Part shown: piece after piece, positions 1 through 8,232 of the stretch
Layout of the letters: each line of letters begins with the position of its first letter
Position numbering within the stretch: the stretch's first letter is position 1
Assembly (NCBI GenBank): GCA_045047305.1
Contig: JASFYO010000022.1
Coordinates: forward strand, 1 to 10,295
DNA: 10,295 nt
Origin: Planctomycetota bacterium
Lineage (GTDB): Bacteria; Planctomycetota; UBA1135
Reading direction: 5' to 3'
Notes under the pieces: generated by a model
The model's database searches: none
Told to the model about the DNA's origin: nothing
What the model saw: only the letters and a program-made list of their open reading frames with translations
Program-made: the position numbers and the translations under genes

Positions 1-46
1 CGCTGTCGTCGTCGGAAACGCTGTCGTCGTCGGAAACGCTGTCGTC
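1..46. repeat. 18-bp perfect tandem repeat (cgctgtcgtcgtcggaaa), about 2.6 copies visible, coding DDDSVS
   Basis: Units at 1-18 and 19-36 are identical, with a partial unit at 37-46. The repeat is in frame within the pilin-like CDS and probably continues left of the window. Confidence 0.9.
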
Positions 47-580
47 AGCCTGACCACTTGCGGTGGAAGAAGAACTCGACGAAGAGCTGTCAGAGGAAGT
101 CGAGGAGCTACCGCCAGTACCACCAGAAGTGCTTCGGCTCAAGGCTGCAGTGCCGCCACCACCAGGCTTTAATGCCCCTGGAATCGAGCTCTTTCTTGGT
201 ACGAAACCATCTTGGCCCCAGGTAATGGTGTAGCGGCCGAATCCGGAAGACGCCCCATTACGAGTCAATTTCGTACTCCAACGCAACTCCCAATTACTTG
301 ATGAGATCGTCGAAGTATCGAAGTAAGTTGGAGCCTTGATGGTCTCACCCAACACACTCCCCAGCTCCCGCTTGGAGTGAGCATAGCGACCAGTCGTAGC
401 CATAAAACGGGCCTGTTGGCTCTCCATTTGATGCAAATAGCTGAGGCCTTCTGCAGCTTTCGTCTTTTCTACCGAAGAAAGAAAACGCGGCACGCCTAAC
501 GTTGCAAGAATGCCTAGGATGACGACAACAATGGTCAGTTCTACGAGAGAAAAGCCCTTTTGATTAGGTTTTAGGTGCAT
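1..580 (-). CDS. Type IV pilin / prepilin-type N-terminal cleavage-methylation domain protein with Gly/Ser-rich linker and acidic repeat tail (3'-truncated by window edge)
   Basis: Manual translation from the ATG at 580-578 gives MHLKPNQKG|FSLVELTIVVVILGILATLGVPRFLSSVEKTKAAEG...RFMATTGRYA. This is a class III signal peptide (G|FxxxE plus hydrophobic helix with Pro22). The frame is open for 193 codons to the window edge and ends ...GGGGTAALSRSTSGGTGGSSSTSSDSSSSSSSTASGQADDSVSDDDSVSDDDS. It is absent from the ORF track, presumably because no stop codon lies in the window. Confidence 0.93.
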   Translation of the reverse strand, partial: MHLKPNQKGFSLVELTIVVVILGILATLGVPRFLSSVEKTKAAEGLSYLHQMESQQARFMATTGRYAHSKRELGSVLGETIKAPTYFDTSTISSSNWELRWSTKLTRNGASSGFGRYTITWGQDGFVPRKSSIPGALKPGGGGTAALSRSTSGGTGGSSSTSSDSSSSSSSSTASGQADDSVSDDDSVSDDDS

Positions 581-675
581 GACAGAGCCACGGAGACATA
601 GTGGACAGAACCACATCGGCCATTCCAGGCTCAAAGGTTAAATAGAAACCAACCGCTGCTTTCCGAGTTCCCCAT

Positions 676-2364
676 CTAAGGAACGTCGACGCCATTCTCA
701 CGGCGGCAAATCTCAGCTTCCTCGTACCCAGCGTCTACGTGACGCACTACGCCGGTGCCAGGGTCATTGGTCAAAACGGCCTCCAAGCGCTTATCCATTT
801 CGAGGGAGCCATCGCACACACACACTTGCCCAGAGTGTTGTGAATATCCGATGCCAACCCCTCCACCGTGATGCATGGAAACCCAACTTGCTCCAGACGC
901 CACTGCAAGCATGCCGTTTAGCAAAGGCCAATCAGCGACAGCATCGGAGCCATCTTTCATCGCTTCCGTCTCACGGTTCGGGCTCGCAACACTACCGCAA
1001 TCCAAGTGGTCTCTACCGAGAACAATCGGCGCACGGAGTTCACCATCGCGAACCATGCGATTGAATTCCAAACCAGCGATGTGACGCTCACCATAACCTA
1101 ACCAGCAAATGCGACATGGCAATCCTTGGAACTCCACCCGTTCTTGAGCCATCTTGATCCAACGCACTAGACTTTTCTTATGCGGGAACAAACGCAGAAT
1201 GGCTTCATCCGTTTTGCGAATGTCTTCCGGATCTCCACTCAGTGCGCACCATCGGAATGGACCTTGGCCTTCACAGAAGAGCGGGCGAATGTATGCCGGA
1301 ACAAACCCGGGGAAATCAAACGCGTTTTCAACTCCAGCTTCCTCTTGTGCAAAGGCACGAATGTTGTTGCCGTAATCGAATGTTTCAGCGCCACGCTTCT
1401 GCAACTCGAGCATCGCGCGTACATGACGCCCCATAGTGGCATAACTGTGAACCTGATACTCCTTCGGGTTTGTGGCGCGAAGCTTTAAAGCGGCCTCGAG
1501 GGTCATGCCATCTGGCACATATCCGGCAAGAGGATCGTGTGCACTGGTTTGATCGGTAAGGATTTCGGGGGTGATATCGCGCTCAATCATGCGCTGCAAT
1601 AACTCGGTTGCGTTACAGCAAACGCCGATGGAAACACATTCCCCTGCTGCCTTAGCTGCAAGCGCGCGGTCGATGGCGCCATCGATACCGACGACACATT
1701 CATCCAAGTACCGTGTGCGCATGCGAAAGTCGATGCGGGTTTGGTCGACGTCGGCAATCAAGCAAGTGCCTTCATTCATAGTCACGGCTAAGGGTTGCGC
1801 ACCACCCATGCCGCCGACTCCAGCCGTAACTGTCAGAGTGTTCTTCAAGGTTCCACCGAAGGATGCATTGGCAATAGCGGCCAGGGTTTCATAGGTGCCT
1901 TGCAGGATGCCTTGGGTGCCAATGTAAATCCAAGACCCGGCCGTCATTTGGCCATACATCATGAGGCCTTTCTTTTCCAACTCACGAAAATGATCCCAGT
2001 TAGCCCACTTGCCAACCAAGTTTGAATTCGCGATTAAAACCTTGGGGGCGTGTTTGTGGGTTTTGAACACGGCAACCGGCTTGCCCGACTGCACGATCAT
2101 GGTTTCATCCAGCTCCAAGCGCTGCAAGGTATCCACAATCTTTTGCGCCGCTTCCCAGCTCCGCGCCGCACGGCCAGTGCCTCCATAAACGACTAGATCT
2201 TCCGGACGCTCAGCGACCTCGGCATCTAGATTGTTGAGGAACATGCGCAAGGCGCCTTCCGCTTGCCAATCTTTACAATTCAGCTCCGTTCCACGCGGTG
2301 CCTTTTGCGGGCCAGGTGTGAGAACAATACGTTTAGGGGATGTCGAGTTGGGCGTCGGTGCCAT
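676..2364 (-). CDS. hutU: Urocanate hydratase (urocanase)
   Basis: 562 aa with hallmark urocanase motifs: [127 protein letters not shown]. Confidence 0.98.
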   Translation of the reverse strand: MAPTPNSTSPKRIVLTPGPQKAPRGTELNCKDWQAEGALRMFLNNLDAEVAERPEDLVVYGGTGRAARSWEAAQKIVDTLQRLELDETMIVQSGKPVAVFKTHKHAPKVLIANSNLVGKWANWDHFRELEKKGLMMYGQMTAGSWIYIGTQGILQGTYETLAAIANASFGGTLKNTLTVTAGVGGMGGAQPLAVTMNEGTCLIADVDQTRIDFRMRTRYLDECVVGIDGAIDRALAAKAAGECVSIGVCCNATELLQRMIERDITPEILTDQTSAHDPLAGYVPDGMTLEAALKLRATNPKEYQVHSYATMGRHVRAMLELQKRGAETFDYGNNIRAFAQEEAGVENAFDFPGFVPAYIRPLFCEGQGPFRWCALSGDPEDIRKTDEAILRLFPHKKSLVRWIKMAQERVEFQGLPCRICWLGYGERHIAGLEFNRMVRDGELRAPIVLGRDHLDCGSVASPNRETEAMKDGSDAVADWPLLNGMLAVASGASWVSMHHGGGVGIGYSQHSGQVCVCDGSLEMDKRLEAVLTNDPGTGVVRHVDAGYEEAEICRRENGVDVP

Positions 2365-2372
2365 GGTGAGAG

Positions 2373-2378
2373 ATTGTA
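2373..2378 (-). promoter_or_regulatory. Putative sigma70-type -10 element (TACAAT) 8 nt upstream of the hutU ATG
   Basis: The minus strand reads ggTACAATctctcaccATG. TACAAT is a 5/6 match to TATAAT, and no Shine-Dalgarno sequence lies between it and the start codon. Confidence 0.45.
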
Positions 2379-2480
2379 CCGGCGACCGAAACGAAGAGTT
2401 AGGGAACGACTTCGCTCAAAGCGATTCTTGATGGAGCCTCCCTGGTTTGGCGAAACACGAAACCCTTGGCCTACCTGGAT

Positions 2481-4643
2481 TCACTTTTCCAACTGCTGGA
2501 AGTCCGGCATCCACGGCTCAAGCTCATTGAGCGCATCCTCAGCCAGCAAGGATGCCTCTAGGGGCCATCCCCATTGCTGATGAAACGGACGCAGATCACG
2601 CTGCACCGCCAGAGACATGGCGCGAACCCAAAAACTACGCTTCGAATCATCATCCTTGGGCCGTTCCGAGATTGGCAAATCACGTGCCGCCGCAAACACC
2701 CGACGAAATGGCTCCCAACCAAAATGCTTCTGTATCTGCGCATAACATAGAAGTGCTACCCCCGGCTTGCGTTTCCACTGCGCGAAGTCGGCGCCGTCGG
2801 CCAAATACTTTGCACCAGACTTCTTTTGGTTTTGCAGCCAAGGATTCTCCCATGGCTCGATACCAGACATAGTCTCCCCGGAGTAAAGCGAAAATAAATT
2901 ATTGGTGACTTCGCCAGTGCCAGCGAAAGTCCAAGTTGGTTTTTGGCGATTGTGACCAAGCTCATGAAAGCAACCCCAGTTACCTTGGCTTTGCAATTCA
3001 TCAAGGTCTAGCAATACCGCCAGGCGTTTTCCACCTTCGCGTTCTTCCGCCACATCCAGGTGCATCATGACTGGATAGCCAGAATGCATATAACCGGCAC
3101 TAATCAATACATCGGCGACAAAGCGTTCGGGGCGCAGGGGTGGCTCCTCTCCAGCAAATTGGAATTGTGTTTCCACCACCTTATCCCACCATTCCATCAG
3201 CGCTTTGGGGTTATCCAAGTTGCGCACGGCAGAACTTGGCACGGTCAAGATCATGTACTTCCCCTCTAACTCTGCCCAAGGAGCTGGAGCATCACGGATG
3301 ACTTTCCACATGGCGCTGGTGACTAAATCCGATCTCCAGTATGGTGCTGCGATAGCCCCTTGCACGGTCAGGTTGAAGGATGTGGCATCGGCTTGGATCC
3401 TTTGCAAATAAAGCAAACCGCCAAACGCACTCGTGATTTCAGGAACGACGCTCCCGGTCCGAGAGATGGATGGCCAGCGCGGCCAACGCTCCTTATGCCA
3501 AAGTTCATCCTTGTGTGCACCAATACGGTAACGCCAACCTTCAGCACTACCTTGCTGGTAAATCAACTTCACCACCGAACCTGGGTTCACATACAGACCC
3601 GTGGATTGCCAACCCGTCTGCGAAGCCTGGCAAGCAATCAAACGGGTACTCGGAACACTTCCCTTTGCCGATATTCCGGGGAAGGATTTTGCTCCCGGCG
3701 CCACCATTGGGTTTTGTGGAGATGCCATTTTCAATTTGCGATCAAGCGCAACCACCGCCAAACGCATCAGCGGGTCATGCTTAACTTGCAAAGGGTGTTC
3801 TGGGGTTGGCGCACTTGCAGCATCCAACTCTGGGAGCAAAGCCATCAGTTGTGGCAGCAAGAGCTTGTCCTCGGGAGGCAAAACCCGCAATGCCGATTCC
3901 AGTGGCGCCAAAGAGCGCGGTAAGTTTCCCCCTTCAATTTCCGCCACCAAGTGTTGGCAGTTCACGCTAGCATTGGCCGATGCCAGGACTAAAAATTCAT
4001 TGTCGATCGAAGCGGCTGCATAACCATCGGTGAATAGCAGGCCGGTCGGCGCAAGGATTTGATTCGCTGCCATATCGCGCATGAGGTCTAAACCCTCACT
4101 CGCATGAATCTGTTGCCAACCCCATGGGCAAATCGCGGCAAGCACGGATCCTCCTTGTGAAATCCAAGCATGCACTGCCGCTAAGGATTCCTCATCCATC
4201 GGGCCAGCACCTTCCACAATCAACAATTGCAAGTCATCTAAACGCGTGGCTGGCATGGGGACGATGGAATAGCCTTGATCCAGTAAGACATGGCGCATCG
4301 CCTTTCCTCCTCCACGCAAAAAGGCGACCTGTCCAGGAACTTGGTCCCCGCGCAACCACCTCAGGGCCGACATCATCATGCCGTCGTCCTTCTCAAAAAA
4401 CTTAGGGGAGAAATACCCGTTATGCGCAATCGCAAACACCCGACCTTTGCCAAAGCTTGCACGTGCTGCAACAGCTTGCGCCTGGGAGTCGCCAGATGTA
4501 AGGACTGCCTGTGCGTTTGCACCATAAACACAAAGCGTACCTGGCAGCCCGGGCCGACTTAAGCGCGTGCCATCGGCAAGGAAAGCAGAGTTGGGGTCGA
4601 GAGTTTGCGCGAAAAGGGTCAGGAGGGCGGCAACGAACACCAC
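2481..4643 (-). CDS. M60-like (PF13402-type) zinc metallopeptidase, TCAF/FAM115-like, probably exported
   Basis: 720 aa. It has the gluzincin-type motif WGCFHELGHN (nt 2949-2966) followed by GEVTNNLF, plus the M60-like N-domain motif WQSTGLY, APWAELEG, and ERFVADVLISAGYMHSGYP. The N-terminus is short and hydrophobic (MVFVAALLTLFAQ). The start is GTG at 4643 or 4640, just after the globin stop. Confidence 0.9.
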   Translation of the reverse strand: MVFVAALLTLFAQTLDPNSAFLADGTRLSRPGLPGTLCVYGANAQAVLTSGDSQAQAVAARASFGKGRVFAIAHNGYFSPKFFEKDDGMMMSALRWLRGDQVPGQVAFLRGGGKAMRHVLLDQGYSIVPMPATRLDDLQLLIVEGAGPMDEESLAAVHAWISQGGSVLAAICPWGWQQIHASEGLDLMRDMAANQILAPTGLLFTDGYAAASIDNEFLVLASANASVNCQHLVAEIEGGNLPRSLAPLESALRVLPPEDKLLLPQLMALLPELDAASAPTPEHPLQVKHDPLMRLAVVALDRKLKMASPQNPMVAPGAKSFPGISAKGSVPSTRLIACQASQTGWQSTGLYVNPGSVVKLIYQQGSAEGWRYRIGAHKDELWHKERWPRWPSISRTGSVVPEITSAFGGLLYLQRIQADATSFNLTVQGAIAAPYWRSDLVTSAMWKVIRDAPAPWAELEGKYMILTVPSSAVRNLDNPKALMEWWDKVVETQFQFAGEEPPLRPERFVADVLISAGYMHSGYPVMMHLDVAEEREGGKRLAVLLDLDELQSQGNWGCFHELGHNRQKPTWTFAGTGEVTNNLFSLYSGETMSGIEPWENPWLQNQKKSGAKYLADGADFAQWKRKPGVALLCYAQIQKHFGWEPFRRVFAAARDLPISERPKDDDSKRSFWVRAMSLAVQRDLRPFHQQWGWPLEASLLAEDALNELEPWMPDFQQLEK

Positions 4644-4648
4644 CTACC

Positions 4649-5056
4649 TTAATAGCAACTACGCATATATTGAATGCCAACTGCCATGACCTGAACCCAG
4701 GCCTCACGCACGGAAGCATCGTATTTGGGGTCGATTTCCTTCACCGACTGCAGAAGCTTCTCAAGCCAGATGTCGTACAGATATGGTGGAATATCCAAAT
4801 CATGACGTGAGTGCCGTTTTGCGACTCGCTTGAGATAGAACGCAGGGTCTAAACCAGGCTGCGACGCAAGCATGACCATCTGCATGGAGGCGCTGAGCAT
4901 GCGAATCTGGCGCTCCATATCGACGCCTTCAAACTTGATTCTTATCTCTTTATTTGAGCGCAAAAAGTTATCATAAAAATGTGCGTAGAAATCCGGAGCG
5001 GCTTGACAACGCTCAAGGCTAGCATGAAAGATTTCAGTGTGAAGATCAGAAGCCAA
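4649..5056 (-). CDS. Single-domain (3/3) bacterial globin
   Basis: 135 aa with globin landmarks in plausible order and spacing: B-helix FY (Tyr B10), Phe CD1 (IKF), Gln E7 (DMERQ), proximal His F8 (VAKRH), a G-helix LYDIW and an H-helix EAW. The start is TTG, and there is no reductase or sensor fusion. Confidence 0.85.
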   Translation of the reverse strand: MASDLHTEIFHASLERCQAAPDFYAHFYDNFLRSNKEIRIKFEGVDMERQIRMLSASMQMVMLASQPGLDPAFYLKRVAKRHSRHDLDIPPYLYDIWLEKLLQSVKEIDPKYDASVREAWVQVMAVGIQYMRSCY

Positions 5057-5176
5057 GTGGGAGAGCAGAATACTCGAGGATGGTCTGGCACTAATCTACG
5101 ACTGCCCATCCTATCCCATCTAGCAAAATCCGCGTTATCCTCGTTAAGTTGCTTCCAAGCCTCACCCCTGGACACC

Positions 5177-6952
5177 ATGCTGAAACCCTTGATTTTTCTT
5201 CTCGCAACATCTGCTGTTGCAACCCTTCCTGCGCAACAAGCCGATCTCGCGCCATTGCGTAACAAACCAGAAAAAACTGTGGTCCATCCGGTTTATCACA
5301 ACACCATGATGGTTGTGAAATTCCGCCACGACTCGGGAGTGCATTTAGAAAATGGGGAGTTTGCCCACGTCGACGGCACCGAAATCAACGCCATCCTGCA
5401 GGAAGTCTCGGTTCAGATAAGCCGGCATATTCAACTCCCACAAGCTCAATTAGATGCTTGGCGCCGGAGTGGGGAAAAGCTCAGTGGCTTACGTTTGCAC
5501 GATCTCAATTTATTCTTTCGCGTTGAGCTTTCGGACCGCAACTTGATGGGCGAAACCTGCGACCGCCTGAATGCTTTTGATGTTGTAGAAATCGCTTATC
5601 CCCTTCCGCAAGGTGGCGATCCAGAAATGCCGGCACGTGTACCTTTCCGTCACCCATCATTGGCTCCAAAGGACGCCCTCGCAAGTGCTTTCGATTTTTC
5701 TACTCAGCAGGGTTATCGCGGAGAAGCTCCCGACGGCATTGACGCCGACTATGGAGAAACCTTTAGCGGTAGCCGTGGAGAAGGACACCTGATTGCCGAC
5801 GTAGAAACTGGCTGGACTGATGACCACCTAGATATCGCACATAAATCTTTAGGCGCATTCACCGGCCTTACACCTGCACCCTATCCATGGGATCATGGCA
5901 CAGCCGTGCTCGGTGAGTTAGTGGGCGAGGACAACGGCATGGGCGTCAAAGGGATTGTGCACCAAGCCGATGTCATCCTTTCCTCCCACCTAGGCCTTTC
6001 TGCAAACATTCCCACCGCAATTGCTTTTGGTGCTACTGCCGTTGGCGCTGGCGATGTCTTGGTTCTGGAAGTGCAATGCTATGGCGCAGTACCTGGACCC
6101 TTCCCGTGTGAATATGACCCGGCAACCTTTGCCACCATTCAAACTGCAACGGCAAATGGTACCCATGTTTTTTCCGCTGCTGGCAATGGTGGCCACAACC
6201 TTGACCTCCCCGTGTATGGCGGCGCCTTTGACCGCAGCGTCCGTGATTCTGGCGCCGTGATGTGCGGCCAATCGACCGGTGCGCCACTCGACCCGAACAC
6301 TTTCAGCAACTACGGCAGCCGTCTCGATGCGCATGGCTGGGGCGCCAATGTAGTTTCTGCGGGTTATGGAGATTTGTTCGGTGCCGGCACCCCAACCCAA
6401 GAATTCACAAGTGCATTCAGCGGAACTTCTAGCGCCACGCCAATCGTGACTGGAGCCGGCGTGATGTTGAATGGGATTTATCGCGAAGCATTTGGCAGCG
6501 CCTTAACACCACTAGCCTTGCGCAGTCTCATCGCCGCCACTGGAACCGCGCAGAATCCTGGGCACCGCATTGGTCCTCGCCCAAACATGCGCACTGCATT
6601 GGAAATGCTCGGCGTGCCCATCCTTAGCGTTAGCGGGAATTTAGTGCCTGGAGGGAATGTGGATCTCGATCTGAAGGCGCAAGCCGGAGACACTTACTCG
6701 CTGTTCTTTTCGCGCTCGCTAGCCGCCACGCCAACCCATAACGCACCCATTGGATACCTATTCCTTGGACCTGTGAGCAACACTGTTCCCGGAGTGATTC
6801 CTGGCGGTGGCGTAGAGACTTTAAGTTTCAGCATTCCAAATAATCCGGCATTCTCTGGGACGATTCTTGGTTATGTCCAAGTCGAAATCACTTTCGCGAG
6901 TGGTCCCGGCACTGGCGCCTACACCAATTATGTTCCCATCGCGATCCAATAA
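5177..6952 (+). CDS. Secreted S8 family serine peptidase (subtilase) with propeptide and extra C-terminal domain
   Basis: Catalytic triad motifs IADVETG (Asp), DHGTAVLG (His) and FSGTSSATP (Ser) are present, with the oxyanion motif AAGNG and FSNYGSRLD. I moved the start from 4979 to the ATG at 5177, because MLKPLIFLLATSAVATLPAQ is a signal peptide and the longer version overlaps the globin. The product is 591 aa. Confidence 0.93.
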   Translation: MLKPLIFLLATSAVATLPAQQADLAPLRNKPEKTVVHPVYHNTMMVVKFRHDSGVHLENGEFAHVDGTEINAILQEVSVQISRHIQLPQAQLDAWRRSGEKLSGLRLHDLNLFFRVELSDRNLMGETCDRLNAFDVVEIAYPLPQGGDPEMPARVPFRHPSLAPKDALASAFDFSTQQGYRGEAPDGIDADYGETFSGSRGEGHLIADVETGWTDDHLDIAHKSLGAFTGLTPAPYPWDHGTAVLGELVGEDNGMGVKGIVHQADVILSSHLGLSANIPTAIAFGATAVGAGDVLVLEVQCYGAVPGPFPCEYDPATFATIQTATANGTHVFSAAGNGGHNLDLPVYGGAFDRSVRDSGAVMCGQSTGAPLDPNTFSNYGSRLDAHGWGANVVSAGYGDLFGAGTPTQEFTSAFSGTSSATPIVTGAGVMLNGIYREAFGSALTPLALRSLIAATGTAQNPGHRIGPRPNMRTALEMLGVPILSVSGNLVPGGNVDLDLKAQAGDTYSLFFSRSLAATPTHNAPIGYLFLGPVSNTVPGVIPGGGVETLSFSIPNNPAFSGTILGYVQVEITFASGPGTGAYTNYVPIAIQ

Positions 6953-6960
6953 GCCAAAGC

Positions 6961-8226
6961 ATGCTGCTCTCCCTGATTCTCGCTGCACAACTTTCCACTC
7001 CCGAAAGCAACTCAGCACTCCCTCAGGGAGCATGGCACGCCTGGTTGGATAGTCCCGGCGGCGACTTAGCTTTTGGCTTGGAGTTGCATGGTGCGCCAGG
7101 TGCGTATGAAAGTTGGCTCATAAATGGCACCGAACGCATTGCGGTTCCATCTACGACTTGGGACGACGACACCCAGGAAATGGTGTTCTCCATCCCGCAT
7201 TATGATTCGGAAATCCGCGCCAGCATGAGCCTGAATGGAAAGCGGCTGGATGGGATTTGGCGCAAACGTCGGGGCCTGGAAAAGTGGTCCGAGATGAACT
7301 TTCACGCCACCGCGGGCGCACCATCCATGACGCCAATGCCAGCGCGTCCGGGAGAGCATGTGGATCATGCAGCAGACGGGTCCTCGAACTTGGAAGGCCG
7401 TTGGGCAGTGCAGTTCGAATCAAGCGACGATATTGCAGTGGGCATATTCCAAGAGGGCGAAGATCACTCCATGAGCGGAACTTTCATGACCACCTTAGGC
7501 GATTACCGGTTTTTAGCCGGACGTCACCGTGGCCCCCTTCTGGAACTATCCTGCTTCGACGGCGCCCACGCTTTCTTGTTTAAAGCGATGCTAGATTCAG
7601 AGCAGAAGTTAGTAGGGCATTTCTGGTCTTCTGATAGTTGGCATGAAACCTGGACCGCGCAGCCCAATGCCAACATAGAACTGCCAGACAGCTTTGATGA
7701 AGTGCATTGGAATGCTGATTTTGACTTGTCGACGCTGGAATACCCAGACCACACTGGAGCCATACGTTCTTTGGCGGATCCAAGCCTACAAGGCAAAGTG
7801 CGGATTATCAGCATCTTTGGTAGTTGGTGCCCCAACTGTAACGATGAAGCCGAACTGTGGTCAGAGCTGTCCAAGACTTATGCCGACCGTGGCCTACAAA
7901 TCATTGGGCTTGCCTTTGAGCTCACTGGAGATCAGAAGCGCGACCTGAGACAAGTGCAGCGTTTCCGCAAGTTACACGCATTGGAATACCCCGTGCTTCT
8001 GGCAGGTGTTGCTGATAAAGATAAGGCGCAGAAAGCATTCCCTGCAGTCGATCGGATTAAGTCCTACCCAACTGCGATTTTCTTGGACCATGAGGGCAAA
8101 GCCCGCGCCGTGCATTCTGGTTTTGCCGGTCCGGCAACTGGGCGCGCACACCAGCGTCTACGCGATGCCTACATCGACCTCATCGAAACCTTGCTGACCG
8201 AAGCCGAAGCTGCTGAAAAGGATTAG
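6961..8226 (+). CDS. TlpA/ResA-type thiol-disulfide oxidoreductase with long N-terminal extension
   Basis: 421 aa. The C-terminal thioredoxin-fold domain has IFGSWCPNC (WCPNC at nt 7825-7839), GLQIIGLAFE and the cis-Pro loop SYPTAIFLD. The N-terminal beta-rich region contains GTFMTTLGDYRFL and LSCFDGAHAFLF, which I recall from long TlpA-family proteins. It starts 8 bp after the S8 stop. Confidence 0.88.
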   Translation: MLLSLILAAQLSTPESNSALPQGAWHAWLDSPGGDLAFGLELHGAPGAYESWLINGTERIAVPSTTWDDDTQEMVFSIPHYDSEIRASMSLNGKRLDGIWRKRRGLEKWSEMNFHATAGAPSMTPMPARPGEHVDHAADGSSNLEGRWAVQFESSDDIAVGIFQEGEDHSMSGTFMTTLGDYRFLAGRHRGPLLELSCFDGAHAFLFKAMLDSEQKLVGHFWSSDSWHETWTAQPNANIELPDSFDEVHWNADFDLSTLEYPDHTGAIRSLADPSLQGKVRIISIFGSWCPNCNDEAELWSELSKTYADRGLQIIGLAFELTGDQKRDLRQVQRFRKLHALEYPVLLAGVADKDKAQKAFPAVDRIKSYPTAIFLDHEGKARAVHSGFAGPATGRAHQRLRDAYIDLIETLLTEAEAAEKD

Positions 8227-8232
8227 TCCTTC

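Noticed and set aside
1..46. The 18-bp repeats as a CRISPR array
   Set aside because: The units are directly adjacent with no spacers, lie in frame in a CDS, and no cas genes are present.
581..675. Possible sigma54 promoter or intrinsic terminator between hutU and the pilin-like gene
   Set aside because: The best promoter candidate gives GG-N10-GT rather than GC, and the only stem I found (GAAAGCAG/TTGGTTTC) is mismatched and weak.
2374..2384. TTGTAC as a possible HutC operator
   Set aside because: Only a half-site is present with no TGTA-N2-TACA palindrome, and no hutC is in the window. It is better explained as the reverse complement of a -10 box.
2412..2424. Small hairpin TCGCT-CAA-AGCGA between the M60 gene and hutU
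   Set aside because: A 5-bp stem without a U-tract on the coding strand is expected by chance.
5086..5101. TGGCAC resembling a sigma54 -24 element upstream of the S8 gene
   Set aside because: The sequence reads TGGCAC-TAATC-TACGA, so the essential GC at -12 is absent.
4979..5176. 66-codon N-terminal extension of the S8 ORF in the supplied track
   Set aside because: It overlaps the opposite-strand globin start and places non-signal-like sequence before an evident signal peptide beginning at ATG 5177.
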